From: Candidatus Binatia bacterium
GTDB lineage: Bacteria; Desulfobacterota; Binatia; Bin18
DNA: 64,000 nt
NCBI GenBank assembly: GCA_963666315.2
Contig: CAXXHG010000021.1
Span: 128,001 to 192,000 of the forward strand
Direction of reading: 5' to 3'
The position numbers were made by a program, and so were the translations under genes. The notes under the pieces were generated by a model, which ran no database searches, was not told the origin of the DNA, and was given only the letters and a program-made list of their open reading frames with translations. Below, one piece after another: positions 52,442 through 63,401 of the stretch (position 1 is its first letter; every line of letters starts with the position of its first letter).

Positions 52442-53068
52442 CTACGCAGCTTTTCCAGCTGCTTGCTCAGGCGTTCCTAACGCGACTCCGGTCTCTGACG
52501 CCTTTTGCGTGCCGGCATCAAGCTGGAGACCGAACCCGTCGGCCAGCCGCGTCAAATGGTTGAAGATGCCCACAATGTGAGCGACCTCAAGACACGCCTT
52601 GTCGTTAAAGCCCAGCACGCGCAACGGCTTCCAGTCGTCCTCGGTCATGCGGGTAGGCGTCTCACTCAGTTTATCGGCCACAGCGCATAACGCCCGTTCA
52701 CGCTCGGAGAGACCGCCGACGTCGTTCCAGCGCCGTGTTTTAATCGCTTCGACCAGCTTCGGATTCCCGTCTTCAACACGCAGAAACTCTGCGTGAGACT
52801 GAGTTCAATAGTGGCAGTCTTGGGCTGAGGCTGCCACTCCGGCAACCATCTCCCTTTCTTTGCGACTGAGATGGCCTGGCGCAAACATGATCTGCAAATA
52901 CAGATTAAAAAACGCTGGAGCTATTTGGTCGTGCGCGGCGAGCAGCCGGCCCATAGCCGGGACGAAGCCAAATTGGTATGCGCCCGTTTGCCCAGGGGGC
53001 GTGTTCGCCCGCATTTCTTCTTCAGTCGGAATCCGCACCCACGCCTCGGGCACCGTTTGCGCAGTCAT
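52442..53068 (-). CDS. AhpD/CMD-like peroxidase, predicted selenoprotein (208 aa with Sec)
   Basis: ORFs 52805..53068 and 52442..52681 are in the same frame, joined by UGA in REMVAGVAASAQDCHY-U-TQSH. The frame is open through to FNHLTRLADGFG. Confidence 0.88.
52769..52800 (-). promoter_or_regulatory. Bacterial SECIS-like hairpin
   Basis: CACGCAGA-GUU-UCUGCGUG perfect 8-bp stem beginning 9 nt after the UGA, extendable by GUCU/AGAC, with G first in the loop. Confidence 0.75.
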
Positions 53069-53165
53069 GTTGTCGCCTCCTTTTTTTCTCAGCGATGTCT
53101 AGTCCAAAGAGTGAGAGGGCAGCCTACCACCCTCCTGAGGGTGGGCCTACTCCCTTTCGCTAACC

Positions 53166-54057
53166 TTAACTGAAGTGCCGAATCAGCTCGGCTCCCTTTT
53201 CCAAAATAGGCCACTGGACCTCCGGGGCAGCGGGCTCGATCAGAAAAACAATGCGGGTGAAGCCCAGGTCAGCGAGTTCGCGCAGCCGTTTGAGCGCGTC
53301 GGGGGCCGCCTGTGTATAGGCAGTTAAAACCCAAGTGATGACTGTCAAGTGGAACTCTTCCATCGCCCGCCCCATCCGGTCGGCTTCGGTTCGGATGGCT
53401 TTAAGTCCGTTCGACAGCTCCCCGAGTCCCTCGACTAATCCATCAACCGGAAACCAGCCGTCACAATACTCGACCACGCGCTTGGGCGTCCACTTGGAAC
53501 TCGCGCCCATCAGTATAGGCGGTCCACCGGCTTGCATGGGCTTGGGCCAAGACTATAAGGGGTCGAAGCTGACAAATTGACCGTGGAATTCGGCCACCTC
53601 CTTGGTCCAGATTTCCCGCATGGCCAGGATACTCTCACGGGTGATTTTCAAACGATCTTTGTAGGCAACTCCGTGATCGGCCATCTCTTCTGCATTCCAG
53701 CCCGCGCCGATACCGAACAAGAAGCGTCCGTTGGCGACTCGATCCAGACAGGCGATTTCCTTCGCTAGGGTGATGGGATGATGTTCAGGCACTAGGCGAC
53801 CGAGGTGCCGACCTTGAGCTTTTGGGTCACTGCGGCCGCGGCGGTCAGGCCAATAAAAGGATCAAAGAATTCTTTATAATAATCCGGCAGATCCCCACCG
53901 CCGGGAAACGGGCTCTGACGGCTGGTCGGAATATGCGTGTGTTCCCCAAAGAAGAGAGATTCGAATCCGTTGTCTTCTAGCCAGCGTGCGAAATCGACAG
54001 GTTGAATGGTGTATGCGTGGGTATTGTTACAATCCCGAAATCCGGTATACCGGCCAT
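53166..54057 (-). pseudogene. LLM class F420-dependent oxidoreductase, multiply frameshifted
   Basis: FESLFFGEHTHIP, PITLAKEIACLD, GIGAGWNAEEMADHG, spread over three or more frames. Confidence 0.85.
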
Positions 54058-54185
54058 GTATTCCTCCTGTTGTGTTGACATGTGCAGCCTAGCTGAAATG
54101 ATAAAAAATGTATTGTGCGCGAGAAGGACAACGCTTGTCTCGGGAAGCGAACAGGAGAGTGCAGACACATACAGGAGGTTTTCTG

Positions 54186-54947
54186 ATGGCAGAGCTTTTA
54201 GATGGAAAAATTGCGTTGATCACCGGTGCGGGTTCAGGCATAGGCCGTGCATCTGCACTGACGTTTGCCCGTGAAGGTGCGAAAGTCATGGTGGCAGATA
54301 TCGTTGTTGAGGGTGGAGAAGAGACCGTTCGGTTAGTCAAGAACGCCGGTGGCGAAGCCAGCTTTATCAAAGTCGATATCTCGAAGGCGGCTGAGGTTGA
54401 GGCGATGATCAATAAAGTTGTTCAGACCTATGGCCGGATCGACTGTGCGCACAACAACGCCGGTATCGAAGGCCAGCTGGCTCCCACTGACGAGTACTCT
54501 GAAGAGATGTTTAACCGAGTGCTGGCCATTAACCTGACTGGCGTATGGCTGTGTATGAAATACGAAATACCACACATGCTCAAGCAAGGCAGTGGTACCA
54601 TTGTGAATACGGCGTCGGGTGCCGGCTTGGTCGGTGTGGCGGGTATGTCGGCCTATGTGGCGAGTAAACATGGCGTCGTGGGGCTGACCAAAACGGCAGC
54701 GTTGGAGTATGCCAAGTCAGGCATTCGGGTGAATGCGGTCTGTCCTCGGCTGATTCAAACGCCGATGGTAGAGCGCCTGACTCATGCCCAGCCGCAGCTA
54801 GCGGAAGCGCTTGTTGCGGCCGAGCCTATCGGCCGAACAGGCAGGCCAGAGGAAATAGCAGAATCCGTGGTCTGGCTGTGTTCCGATGCGGCGTCTTTTG
54901 TGACCGGACATGCTATGTCGGTTGACGGCGGTTATGTTGCGCAATAG
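54186..54947 (+). CDS. Short-chain dehydrogenase/reductase
   Basis: TGAGSGIG, NNAG, YVASK, VDGG. Confidence 0.93.
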   Translation: MAELLDGKIALITGAGSGIGRASALTFAREGAKVMVADIVVEGGEETVRLVKNAGGEASFIKVDISKAAEVEAMINKVVQTYGRIDCAHNNAGIEGQLAPTDEYSEEMFNRVLAINLTGVWLCMKYEIPHMLKQGSGTIVNTASGAGLVGVAGMSAYVASKHGVVGLTKTAALEYAKSGIRVNAVCPRLIQTPMVERLTHAQPQLAEALVAAEPIGRTGRPEEIAESVVWLCSDAASFVTGHAMSVDGGYVAQ

Positions 54948-54968
54948 GCGCATCGTACCGGCTAGATG

Positions 54969-55030
54969 GTAGGGCAGGTTAGCGTAGCGTAACCCGCCGA
55001 TAAATGGGTGGGCCAAAGGTCCACCCGACC
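54969..55030. repeat. GTAG-type REP pair
   Basis: GTAGGGCAGGTTAGCGTAGCGTAACCCGCC is close to the reverse complement of 21553..21583. Confidence 0.7.
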
Positions 55031-55093
55031 AAACGAAAATGGAAGGAGAGGTCATGAGTTCATTACTCCCCAGTCCGGAGGCAACCCAACAAT

Positions 55094-55624
55094 TTATGAA
55101 CAACCCGGAGTGAATAACATGCCAATTCTGCGCCTGTTGGGAAAGAACCGCAGAAAGGCGTTAATTTGAGCATCAAAGGGCCATCGATCACTAACCCCTG
55201 TGATGTTTTCTCCTGGACGCTGTAGGTCGCGAACCAGACCTATCCCTATAGGGTCGGACACGCCAGAAAAGACAATTGGAACAGTCTTTGTTGCTTTGGC
55301 GACTGCAAGGGCCGAGGGGGTTGATATGGGCACTATGACTGCTGGGAGCTGCCGTACGAATTCTTGTGCAATGGGGAGGGTAAGTGAAGGATCGCCGTTT
55401 GCATTCTTGAAGACAATTCTGATAGTTTTCCCATTTTCATATCCGCGTTTTCTTAATCCTTCGATCAAGCCTTGTCTAACCTCGTCAAGCGCAGGGTGTG
55501 TGGCTATTTGCGTAATTGCCACTATTGGTAGATTAGACGATGAAAGGAGGTAGGAGAGGAATCGAGAGTAAACCACTACCAAGAGAAGAACCCCGCCTCC
55601 AATCCAAAGACTCTAGCGATTCAT
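55094..55624 (-). pseudogene. ABC transporter substrate-binding protein (TrpX-like), truncated
   Basis: QIATHPALD, NANGD, PIVFSGVSDP, ENITGVSD. TAG at codon 4, and the C-terminal half is missing. Confidence 0.8.
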
Positions 55625-55792
55625 AACCCCCTCGTAATGAGTTCTACAGCGTCTTTCAGTCTCATGTCAGGAGACTTCCTAGTCATTTTTGAATTTGGCT
55701 ATCGTATCAGTAACTGGGGTAAACTCCAACGATACGTCAATGCGAGAAATGAAAAGGGTATGACGGATCCTCTTGATTAAACATATTTTTTT

Positions 55793-55812
55793 GTTAGTGA
55801 ACGTTCGCTGAC
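55793..55812. promoter_or_regulatory. Candidate TetR operator
   Basis: Imperfect palindrome GTTAGTGAACGTTCGCTGAC, 2 nt before the TetR ATG. Confidence 0.55.
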
Positions 55813-55814
55813 TT

Positions 55815-56396
55815 ATGGACATACTCCAACAAAAACCCAACACCAAGCGACCAGCCATGGTCCAAGCCGCACTGTCCCTTTTTGCTGAGCGGGGACTCGA
55901 CGGCACGAGTATGCGAGACATTGCCCGAGCGGCTGGGGTACAGGAAGCCGCCATCTACCGTCATTTTGCCGGTAAGGAAGCGCTGGCCCGAGAACTTTTT
56001 CTGAGCGTCTATCTCTGGCACTGCACGCAGGTACAGGACATTGTGACCGGAGGCGAACCGCTCAAAGATAAACTCCGCGACATCGTCCGTCAGGAGTTCG
56101 GTATGGCTGAGCGCTACCCCGAGGCGTTTGTGTACGTATGTGAGAATGAACAAAGGTTTTTCGCCGACTTGCCTGCTGGCGTTCCCAATGTGCGAAGCAT
56201 TTTGATCGAGTTCATCACACACGGGCAGGAGCGGGGAGAGCTAGATACGGGAGACTCGGACCTGATCGCCGACATGCTCAGCGGAGCGCTGTGCGAAGTG
56301 GCGTTATCGTTGGTGCGCCGACAGCAACAAGACCAGTTGCGGCGTCACATCGACCTGGTGACTGAGAAGTGCTGGAGCATGATGTGCAAAATGTGA
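55815..56396 (+). CDS. TetR family transcriptional regulator
   Basis: AALSLFAERGLDGTSMRDIARAAGV...IYRHFAGKE. Confidence 0.93.
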   Translation: MDILQQKPNTKRPAMVQAALSLFAERGLDGTSMRDIARAAGVQEAAIYRHFAGKEALARELFLSVYLWHCTQVQDIVTGGEPLKDKLRDIVRQEFGMAERYPEAFVYVCENEQRFFADLPAGVPNVRSILIEFITHGQERGELDTGDSDLIADMLSGALCEVALSLVRRQQQDQLRRHIDLVTEKCWSMMCKM

Positions 56397-56530
56397 GAGA
56401 CGGTCACGTGGGCGCGAAGATACAGTTCGACAACTGTTAGGACCGGTGAGAGAGATAAGGCCACGGAGAGATGTCAAACAATCAGCGGCCTGAAAATAGG
56501 CCCCGTATACGAGGAAGCGGAGGAACACTC

Positions 56531-57094
56531 ATGGAAGCACCGCTGTGGTTACTGCTCAGCTGGGGCGGAATCGGCGCCATTGATTTCGTCTACAACCACA
56601 TCTATCGCTACCGCCTCCATGCGCATGCCTCCAGTTTTCGTGAGCATGGGGTCCACACCCTGCTCGCATTGGTTCTCACCGTCACGGTGGTGATGCTAGT
56701 CTTTGTCGAAATGGGGACGCTGGGATTTACTATCTTTCTCGGCGTTCAGGCATGTGCGGTGATCTTCACCCTGTGGGATGTGTCAATCGAGCCCGCGTCG
56801 CGGGAGCCGCTGGGAGGATTGCCTCCACACGAATATCTGGTGCATACGATCGTCTTTCTGATACACGGCGCCTTTGTGTGGGCGGTGATCGCCGACGCCG
56901 ATAAATTGGTACACGGCGCGGGATTCGGACTATGGCGCTGGCCTCAACTTCCCGCGTTTTTGCTTTTTTATGCCGTGCTCTTTACGTTTGTTGGCGCCGG
57001 TGTCTTGGTCTTACACGTTTACCTGCTGGCCGTGGGTTATCGGAAGTTCAAAACGGTGCCTGGAGTGCCTATTGAAGGAACCAGCCGTGTGTAA
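56531..57094 (+). CDS. His-rich integral membrane protein of unknown function
   Basis: About 5 TM segments with DxxYNH, RLH, EHxxH, DxxxE, EYxxH motifs. Confidence 0.7.
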   Translation: MEAPLWLLLSWGGIGAIDFVYNHIYRYRLHAHASSFREHGVHTLLALVLTVTVVMLVFVEMGTLGFTIFLGVQACAVIFTLWDVSIEPASREPLGGLPPHEYLVHTIVFLIHGAFVWAVIADADKLVHGAGFGLWRWPQLPAFLLFYAVLFTFVGAGVLVLHVYLLAVGYRKFKTVPGVPIEGTSRV

Positions 57095-57128
57095 GGTTGG
57101 CAAGGTTGGCTGGTTGTGTGGAGGAGCA

Positions 57129-58445
57129 ATGCTGTTCCAAAGTGTCTGTTGTGTGGTTCTGTTCCTGTGGAGTGTTGCGGCGGTACACGCCGAGCCCGCG
57201 CGTATGTGGCACACTATTGCTGAGCTTTCCGAGACAGAGCGTGCCGAGCTCGACCTGCGGACCGACACTCCCCGCGACCCTCAGGTGCCGTATCTGCCGG
57301 CTGAAAAATACCCGTTCGCTGCGCCGTATACTGCTGAGGAGATGGGCTACCGCGCCATGGAGTTTACCCATATCTCGCGGTGGTCACATGCTATGGCCGA
57401 CGCCTTTGGGGCGCTGACCAGCAGCGGTTATCTCAACCAGGGGGTCATGGTTGGCTTGAATTTCTACCTGCCTGGAGATGCGGGGATGATGGGCCAAGTT
57501 CACACCGCGCCTGGTGAGGACTATTATCGCATGGCCTTCTACTACACCTATCCGCCTGAGAGTAACGGGGCCCAGGATTTATGGGTGCTCAAACGCACGG
57601 ATCAGCGGTTCACCACCAAGCTTGATTATTTTACCTATTCTCCCACTCTGCGCCGTGTACGTCGCCAGCCACAGCCGCGCCGTGATACCCGCTTTCCTAA
57701 TAATGCTCAGTCCTTTGACGATGTCATTGGGCGGGATGCGTGGGAGTTTTCCTGGCGACTGCTGGGCACGGATGTCCTGGATAAGACGGTCCGGTTTCCC
57801 AACACGCGGACCTTGGTGACGTTAGCTCATCCGGATGGGACGTTCCGTGAAGTACCGACGGCGCAGCTCAAGATGATGGGGGACAGCTATCCCTTTTATA
57901 CCGCTGAGGGCGGGGTAGCGTGCTATGTGGTGGAAGCCGAGGCAAGGGCAGAGTGGCTGCCCGATTATGCCATTAGCAAGCTCATTTACTGGCTGGACCG
58001 GCATTATTTCTATCCACTGCGCATCGAGCAATACAACCGACAAGGCAAGCTCAATATGATCGAGGAGCGACTGGCCAAGCAGGAGAACCCTGCCCGCGAA
58101 GACAGAGGCTACGCCGCCTTACTCGCCCTGTACTATGATCTTTCCTTGGATCTCATGAGTTACAGCCTGCACGACGCCCACTTGGTTAAAGAGTGGACGC
58201 CGAAGGACCGCGAAGTCCTGTTCGGTCCGGACTTTATGCGCCGCGGGTGGCTGATGTACCCGCTCAAAACCCAGGCCCTGGTCAACTCACCCGCCGAGTT
58301 TTACCTGCGCCCGCTCTTATACCTGGACAAGTTTCCTCAGGAGCGGAAGATCGAACTCTCGCCAGAGGTCGAGCGGCGCGTGGGGGCTCAAGAAGCCGCC
58401 GGTCATGTAGTGTTCGACTCCCAAGTCGAGGCGAGTGCACCGTGA
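57129..58445 (+). CDS. Secreted DUF1329 / LolA-like fold protein (subfamily 1)
   Basis: Signal peptide, YPFAAPYTAEEMGYRAMEF, YSPTLRRVRRQPQPRR. Paralog of 13242..14561. Confidence 0.75.
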   Translation: MLFQSVCCVVLFLWSVAAVHAEPARMWHTIAELSETERAELDLRTDTPRDPQVPYLPAEKYPFAAPYTAEEMGYRAMEFTHISRWSHAMADAFGALTSSGYLNQGVMVGLNFYLPGDAGMMGQVHTAPGEDYYRMAFYYTYPPESNGAQDLWVLKRTDQRFTTKLDYFTYSPTLRRVRRQPQPRRDTRFPNNAQSFDDVIGRDAWEFSWRLLGTDVLDKTVRFPNTRTLVTLAHPDGTFREVPTAQLKMMGDSYPFYTAEGGVACYVVEAEARAEWLPDYAISKLIYWLDRHYFYPLRIEQYNRQGKLNMIEERLAKQENPAREDRGYAALLALYYDLSLDLMSYSLHDAHLVKEWTPKDREVLFGPDFMRRGWLMYPLKTQALVNSPAEFYLRPLLYLDKFPQERKIELSPEVERRVGAQEAAGHVVFDSQVEASAP

Positions 58446-58541
58446 AGCAAGTATAGTAGCGATCGTCGATACGTTTCACGGTCTGCACGAGCGCGGGCCG
58501 CTTCCTCTTTTGTCCAACTCCGATTACAATTTCTTCCACCT

Positions 58542-59243
58542 ATGGACAAGGTCGCTCTTCCAGTCGTAATCGCTGATGCAGAAGCCCTCATCTTCGACCT
58601 CTTTCACACCCTCACGCGCGTCGACCCGGCGTGGGGGACATATAAGCTGCTGGGTATTTCTAAAGAAGTGTAGAACACGCACCTGCTTGAAAAGTCGCCT
58701 GACCGGCTCACTGGGAAAGAAACTGATCCGCTGACTATTATCCAAAGTCTGGCCCAGGCGATTGACCCGTCCATTCCACACCATGTCATCCAGCACGGGA
58801 CGGAAAATCGGATCCAAAAGTTTGCGCAGGCGCTGATCGAGATACCCACGGAAACGGTCCGGTTTTTCGAGCGACTGAAGAGCACGGGTAAGAAAATCGG
58901 TTTGCTCAGCAATGCCGACATCATGGAGTGTGCGGCCTGGGAACAATCTCCCATTGCTCCGTTTTTCGATAGCGTGCTCTTTTCCTGCCGCGCGGGCTAC
59001 GCCAAGCCCGCGCGGCAGATTTATGAAATGAGTCTGCATGAATTACAAGTCCGGCCGCAAGACAGTGTCTTTATTGGTGATGGTGGGTCTGGAGAGCTGG
59101 AAGGCGCGCAAGCAGTTGGCATGACAACGGTCATGATGACCGGCATTATCAAAGATCTCTGGCCGGACAGGATAGAGCCCAGAAAACCGTATGCTGATTT
59201 TGTGATTGAAAGTCTGACTGAGTTAATCGAAGATCCGCCATAG
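58542..59243 (+). pseudogene. HAD hydrolase with in-frame TAG at 58671
   Basis: LIFDLFHTL, LLSNA, KPARQIY, FIGDGG, all in one frame interrupted by EV*NTH. Confidence 0.82.
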
Positions 59244-59245
59244 CT

Positions 59246-59842
59246 GTGCCGCCCATTTTCCGAATCGCCAGCGAACGAGACGCTGAGCAAATCCTGGCGA
59301 TCTACGCGCCGATCGTGCGGGATACCATCATTTCGTTCGAGCTCGAACCCCCAAGCGTGGCAGAGATGCGGCAGTTTATCCTCAGCAGCCTGGCAACGCA
59401 TGCCTGGATGGTGTGTGACAATATTGGAGAGATCTTAGGCTATGTGTACGCAACCCAACATCGTAGCCGGGCTGCGTACCAGTGGGCAGCGGATGTATCT
59501 GTCTACATCAAAGAACAGACGCGGCGTTCAGGATTGGGGCGGGCACTGTATACTTCACTGTTCGAACTGCTCAAATTGCAAGGTTTCTATCAGGCCTATG
59601 CTGGCGTTGCATTGCCGAATCCAGCCAGCGTTGGTCTGCATGAAGCCCTGAGCTTTCAGGCTATCGGTGTGTATCGTTCAGTTGGGTTTAAGTTTGGCCT
59701 GTGGCGGGATGTGGGCTGGTGGTGCTTGCCGCTCCAAGCCGCAGACGCACCTCCCCCGAGGCGGCCCATTGATTTGAAAGATGTAAAACAAGACTCCGCA
59801 GAATGGAAAGTTGCTCTCAAGTCCGGCTTGTCACGGTTTTGA
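59246..59842 (+). CDS. Phosphinothricin/arsinothricin-type GNAT N-acetyltransferase
   Basis: ISFELEPP, RAAYQW, PNPASVGLH, VGFKFGLWRDVGWW. Confidence 0.88.
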   Translation: MPPIFRIASERDAEQILAIYAPIVRDTIISFELEPPSVAEMRQFILSSLATHAWMVCDNIGEILGYVYATQHRSRAAYQWAADVSVYIKEQTRRSGLGRALYTSLFELLKLQGFYQAYAGVALPNPASVGLHEALSFQAIGVYRSVGFKFGLWRDVGWWCLPLQAADAPPPRRPIDLKDVKQDSAEWKVALKSGLSRF

Positions 59843-59951
59843 CGAACAACATATCGACGGTAGAACAGTCGGGAAATATGAGTCCACCAGATCGCCCGTT
59901 CTTTCTCTCTCCTTTCATTGCCTTCCTGGTCGCAGCGAGTAGAATGTTGCT

Positions 59952-60221
59952 ATGCCTGAGCTAGGTCGTTTCTTCGGGATTATTATCCATATGTATGCTG
60001 AATTCGGTGCACCACCTCATGAGCCCCACTTCCACGCGTACTACCAGGACGATGTAGCAATCTATGGAATAGAGTCGATTGAGCTCATTGCTGGGGCGTT
60101 TCCACGACGCCAACAGCGTCTGGTTGAAGCATGGGCCGAATTGCACCAAGAAGAGTTGCTGGCCGACTGGCAGCAGTTACAGGCAGGCCGGAAGCCTAAC
60201 CCTATCAAGCCACTCAAGTAG
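59952..60221 (+). CDS. DUF4160 domain protein
   Basis: MPELGRFFGIIIHMY, HEPHFHAYY, WAELHQEELLADW, IKPLK. Confidence 0.9.
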   Translation: MPELGRFFGIIIHMYAEFGAPPHEPHFHAYYQDDVAIYGIESIELIAGAFPRRQQRLVEAWAELHQEELLADWQQLQAGRKPNPIKPLK

Positions 60222-60233
60222 ATGGGAGAATAC

Positions 60234-60548
60234 ATGCAGCATCCAATACACAAGGTCAAATCCTTCGATAGCTTAGGACCTTACACACTCCGTATCTGTT
60301 TTGATGATACTACCGAACAGGCTATCGATTTTCAGCCTGTTCTTGCAGGCGAACTGTACGGCCCACTACAGGATCAGGCATTATTCAATCAGGTCAGAAT
60401 TGACCCAGAGGTCCATACTCTTGTCTGGCCTAATGGTGGCGATTTTGACCCCGCTCTTTTGCATGACTGGCCCCAGCATTGTGTAGCGTTTATGGCTCGC
60501 GCCCAGCAATGGGAAGAAGTGTCAAGGGGAGGGCATGCCTCGGAGTAA
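60234..60548 (+). CDS. DUF2442 domain protein
   Basis: LRICFDD, FNQVRID, TLVWPNGGDFDP. Confidence 0.88.
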   Translation: MQHPIHKVKSFDSLGPYTLRICFDDTTEQAIDFQPVLAGELYGPLQDQALFNQVRIDPEVHTLVWPNGGDFDPALLHDWPQHCVAFMARAQQWEEVSRGGHASE

Positions 60549-60624
60549 CCAGGGGAAGCGTCTTTTGGGAGACTTGGGAGAACGGAGTACCTCAATGCAC
60601 GGGTCTCCTGCTGCGTAAGACACT

Positions 60625-61122
60625 ATGGCTACTCCTCCACAATCGGAACATGCAGAACATGCAGAACATACGGAGCTGAAACTGGCGCGGCTGAGCGATG
60701 CCTACCGCATCGCGCTTATGTCGCGTGACCTTGTTGAACAGGGGCTGCCCTGGTCCTGGCCCGCACGCCGGGTGGCCGTACATATTCGCGGTGGTGAGAG
60801 TAATGTGCTCACCGCTTGGGTGAAGGGCCGACTCGTTGGTTTCGCGATTATGCAGTTCTATGACGACCGGGCGCATTTGAATTTACTAGCAGTCGATCCT
60901 GCTACGCGGCGTTTTGGGGTTGGTCGCCGTTTAGTCGAGTGGCAAGAAGAGGTGGCCCTCAGCGGAGGGATGCATATTGTCAATTTAGAAGTCCGAGCCA
61001 AAAACGCTGGTGCGAGAGCATTTTACCGCATGTTGGGATATCGAGAAAGCAAACGTATCCCCGACTATTACAGCGGTCGGGAGGCAGCGATCCGCATGAC
61101 GCATGATTTGCGACACGGCTAA
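60625..61122 (+). CDS. RimI-like GNAT acetyltransferase
   Basis: AHLNLLAVDP, RRFGVG, LEVRAKNAGARAFY, YYSGREAA. Confidence 0.85.
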   Translation: MATPPQSEHAEHAEHTELKLARLSDAYRIALMSRDLVEQGLPWSWPARRVAVHIRGGESNVLTAWVKGRLVGFAIMQFYDDRAHLNLLAVDPATRRFGVGRRLVEWQEEVALSGGMHIVNLEVRAKNAGARAFYRMLGYRESKRIPDYYSGREAAIRMTHDLRHG

Positions 61123-61201
61123 CACAGGCTGTTACTGGATATCAGGCCATTGGCCCTGTTTGCCGGCGCATGTGCACGTCGTGCGTCCATACTGACGTTT
61201 C

Positions 61202-63250
<2,049 letters not shown>

Positions 63251-63252
63251 TT

Positions 63253-63285
63253 AAAAGAAAGCCCCTGAAGAAAACTCCAGGGGCT
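63253..63285 (-). terminator. Intrinsic terminator
   Basis: AGCCCCTG...CAGGGGCT stem followed by TTCTTTT on the minus strand. Confidence 0.7.
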
Positions 63286-63336
63286 ACGAGGGACCGACGA
63301 AACACGATGCTTAGATTTTCTAAACGACGAAATTGC

Positions 63337-63364
63337 ATTATATCGACTCTGCCCGACGGTGCAA
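63337..63364 (-). promoter_or_regulatory. Sigma70-type promoter
   Basis: TTGCAC-N16-TATAAT on the minus strand. Confidence 0.6.
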
Positions 63365-63401
63365 TAACCTCCCTGCCGGAATGGACTTTTTGCCTGCTCT
63401 C

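Noticed and set aside
58671-58673. In-frame TAG codons as pyrrolysine or stop-codon recoding
   Set aside because: TAG ends many intact genes here, and TAA and TGA interruptions also occur, so nonsense mutation is simpler.
59246-59842. Calling the GNAT arsN1 or pat
   Set aside because: No ars operon context in the window, and substrate cannot be fixed from motifs alone.
60646-60672. 9-nt tandem repeat (EHA)x3 in the RimI-like N-terminus, and a similar one at the ligA 5' end
   Set aside because: In-frame, short and in low-complexity termini, with no evidence of function.
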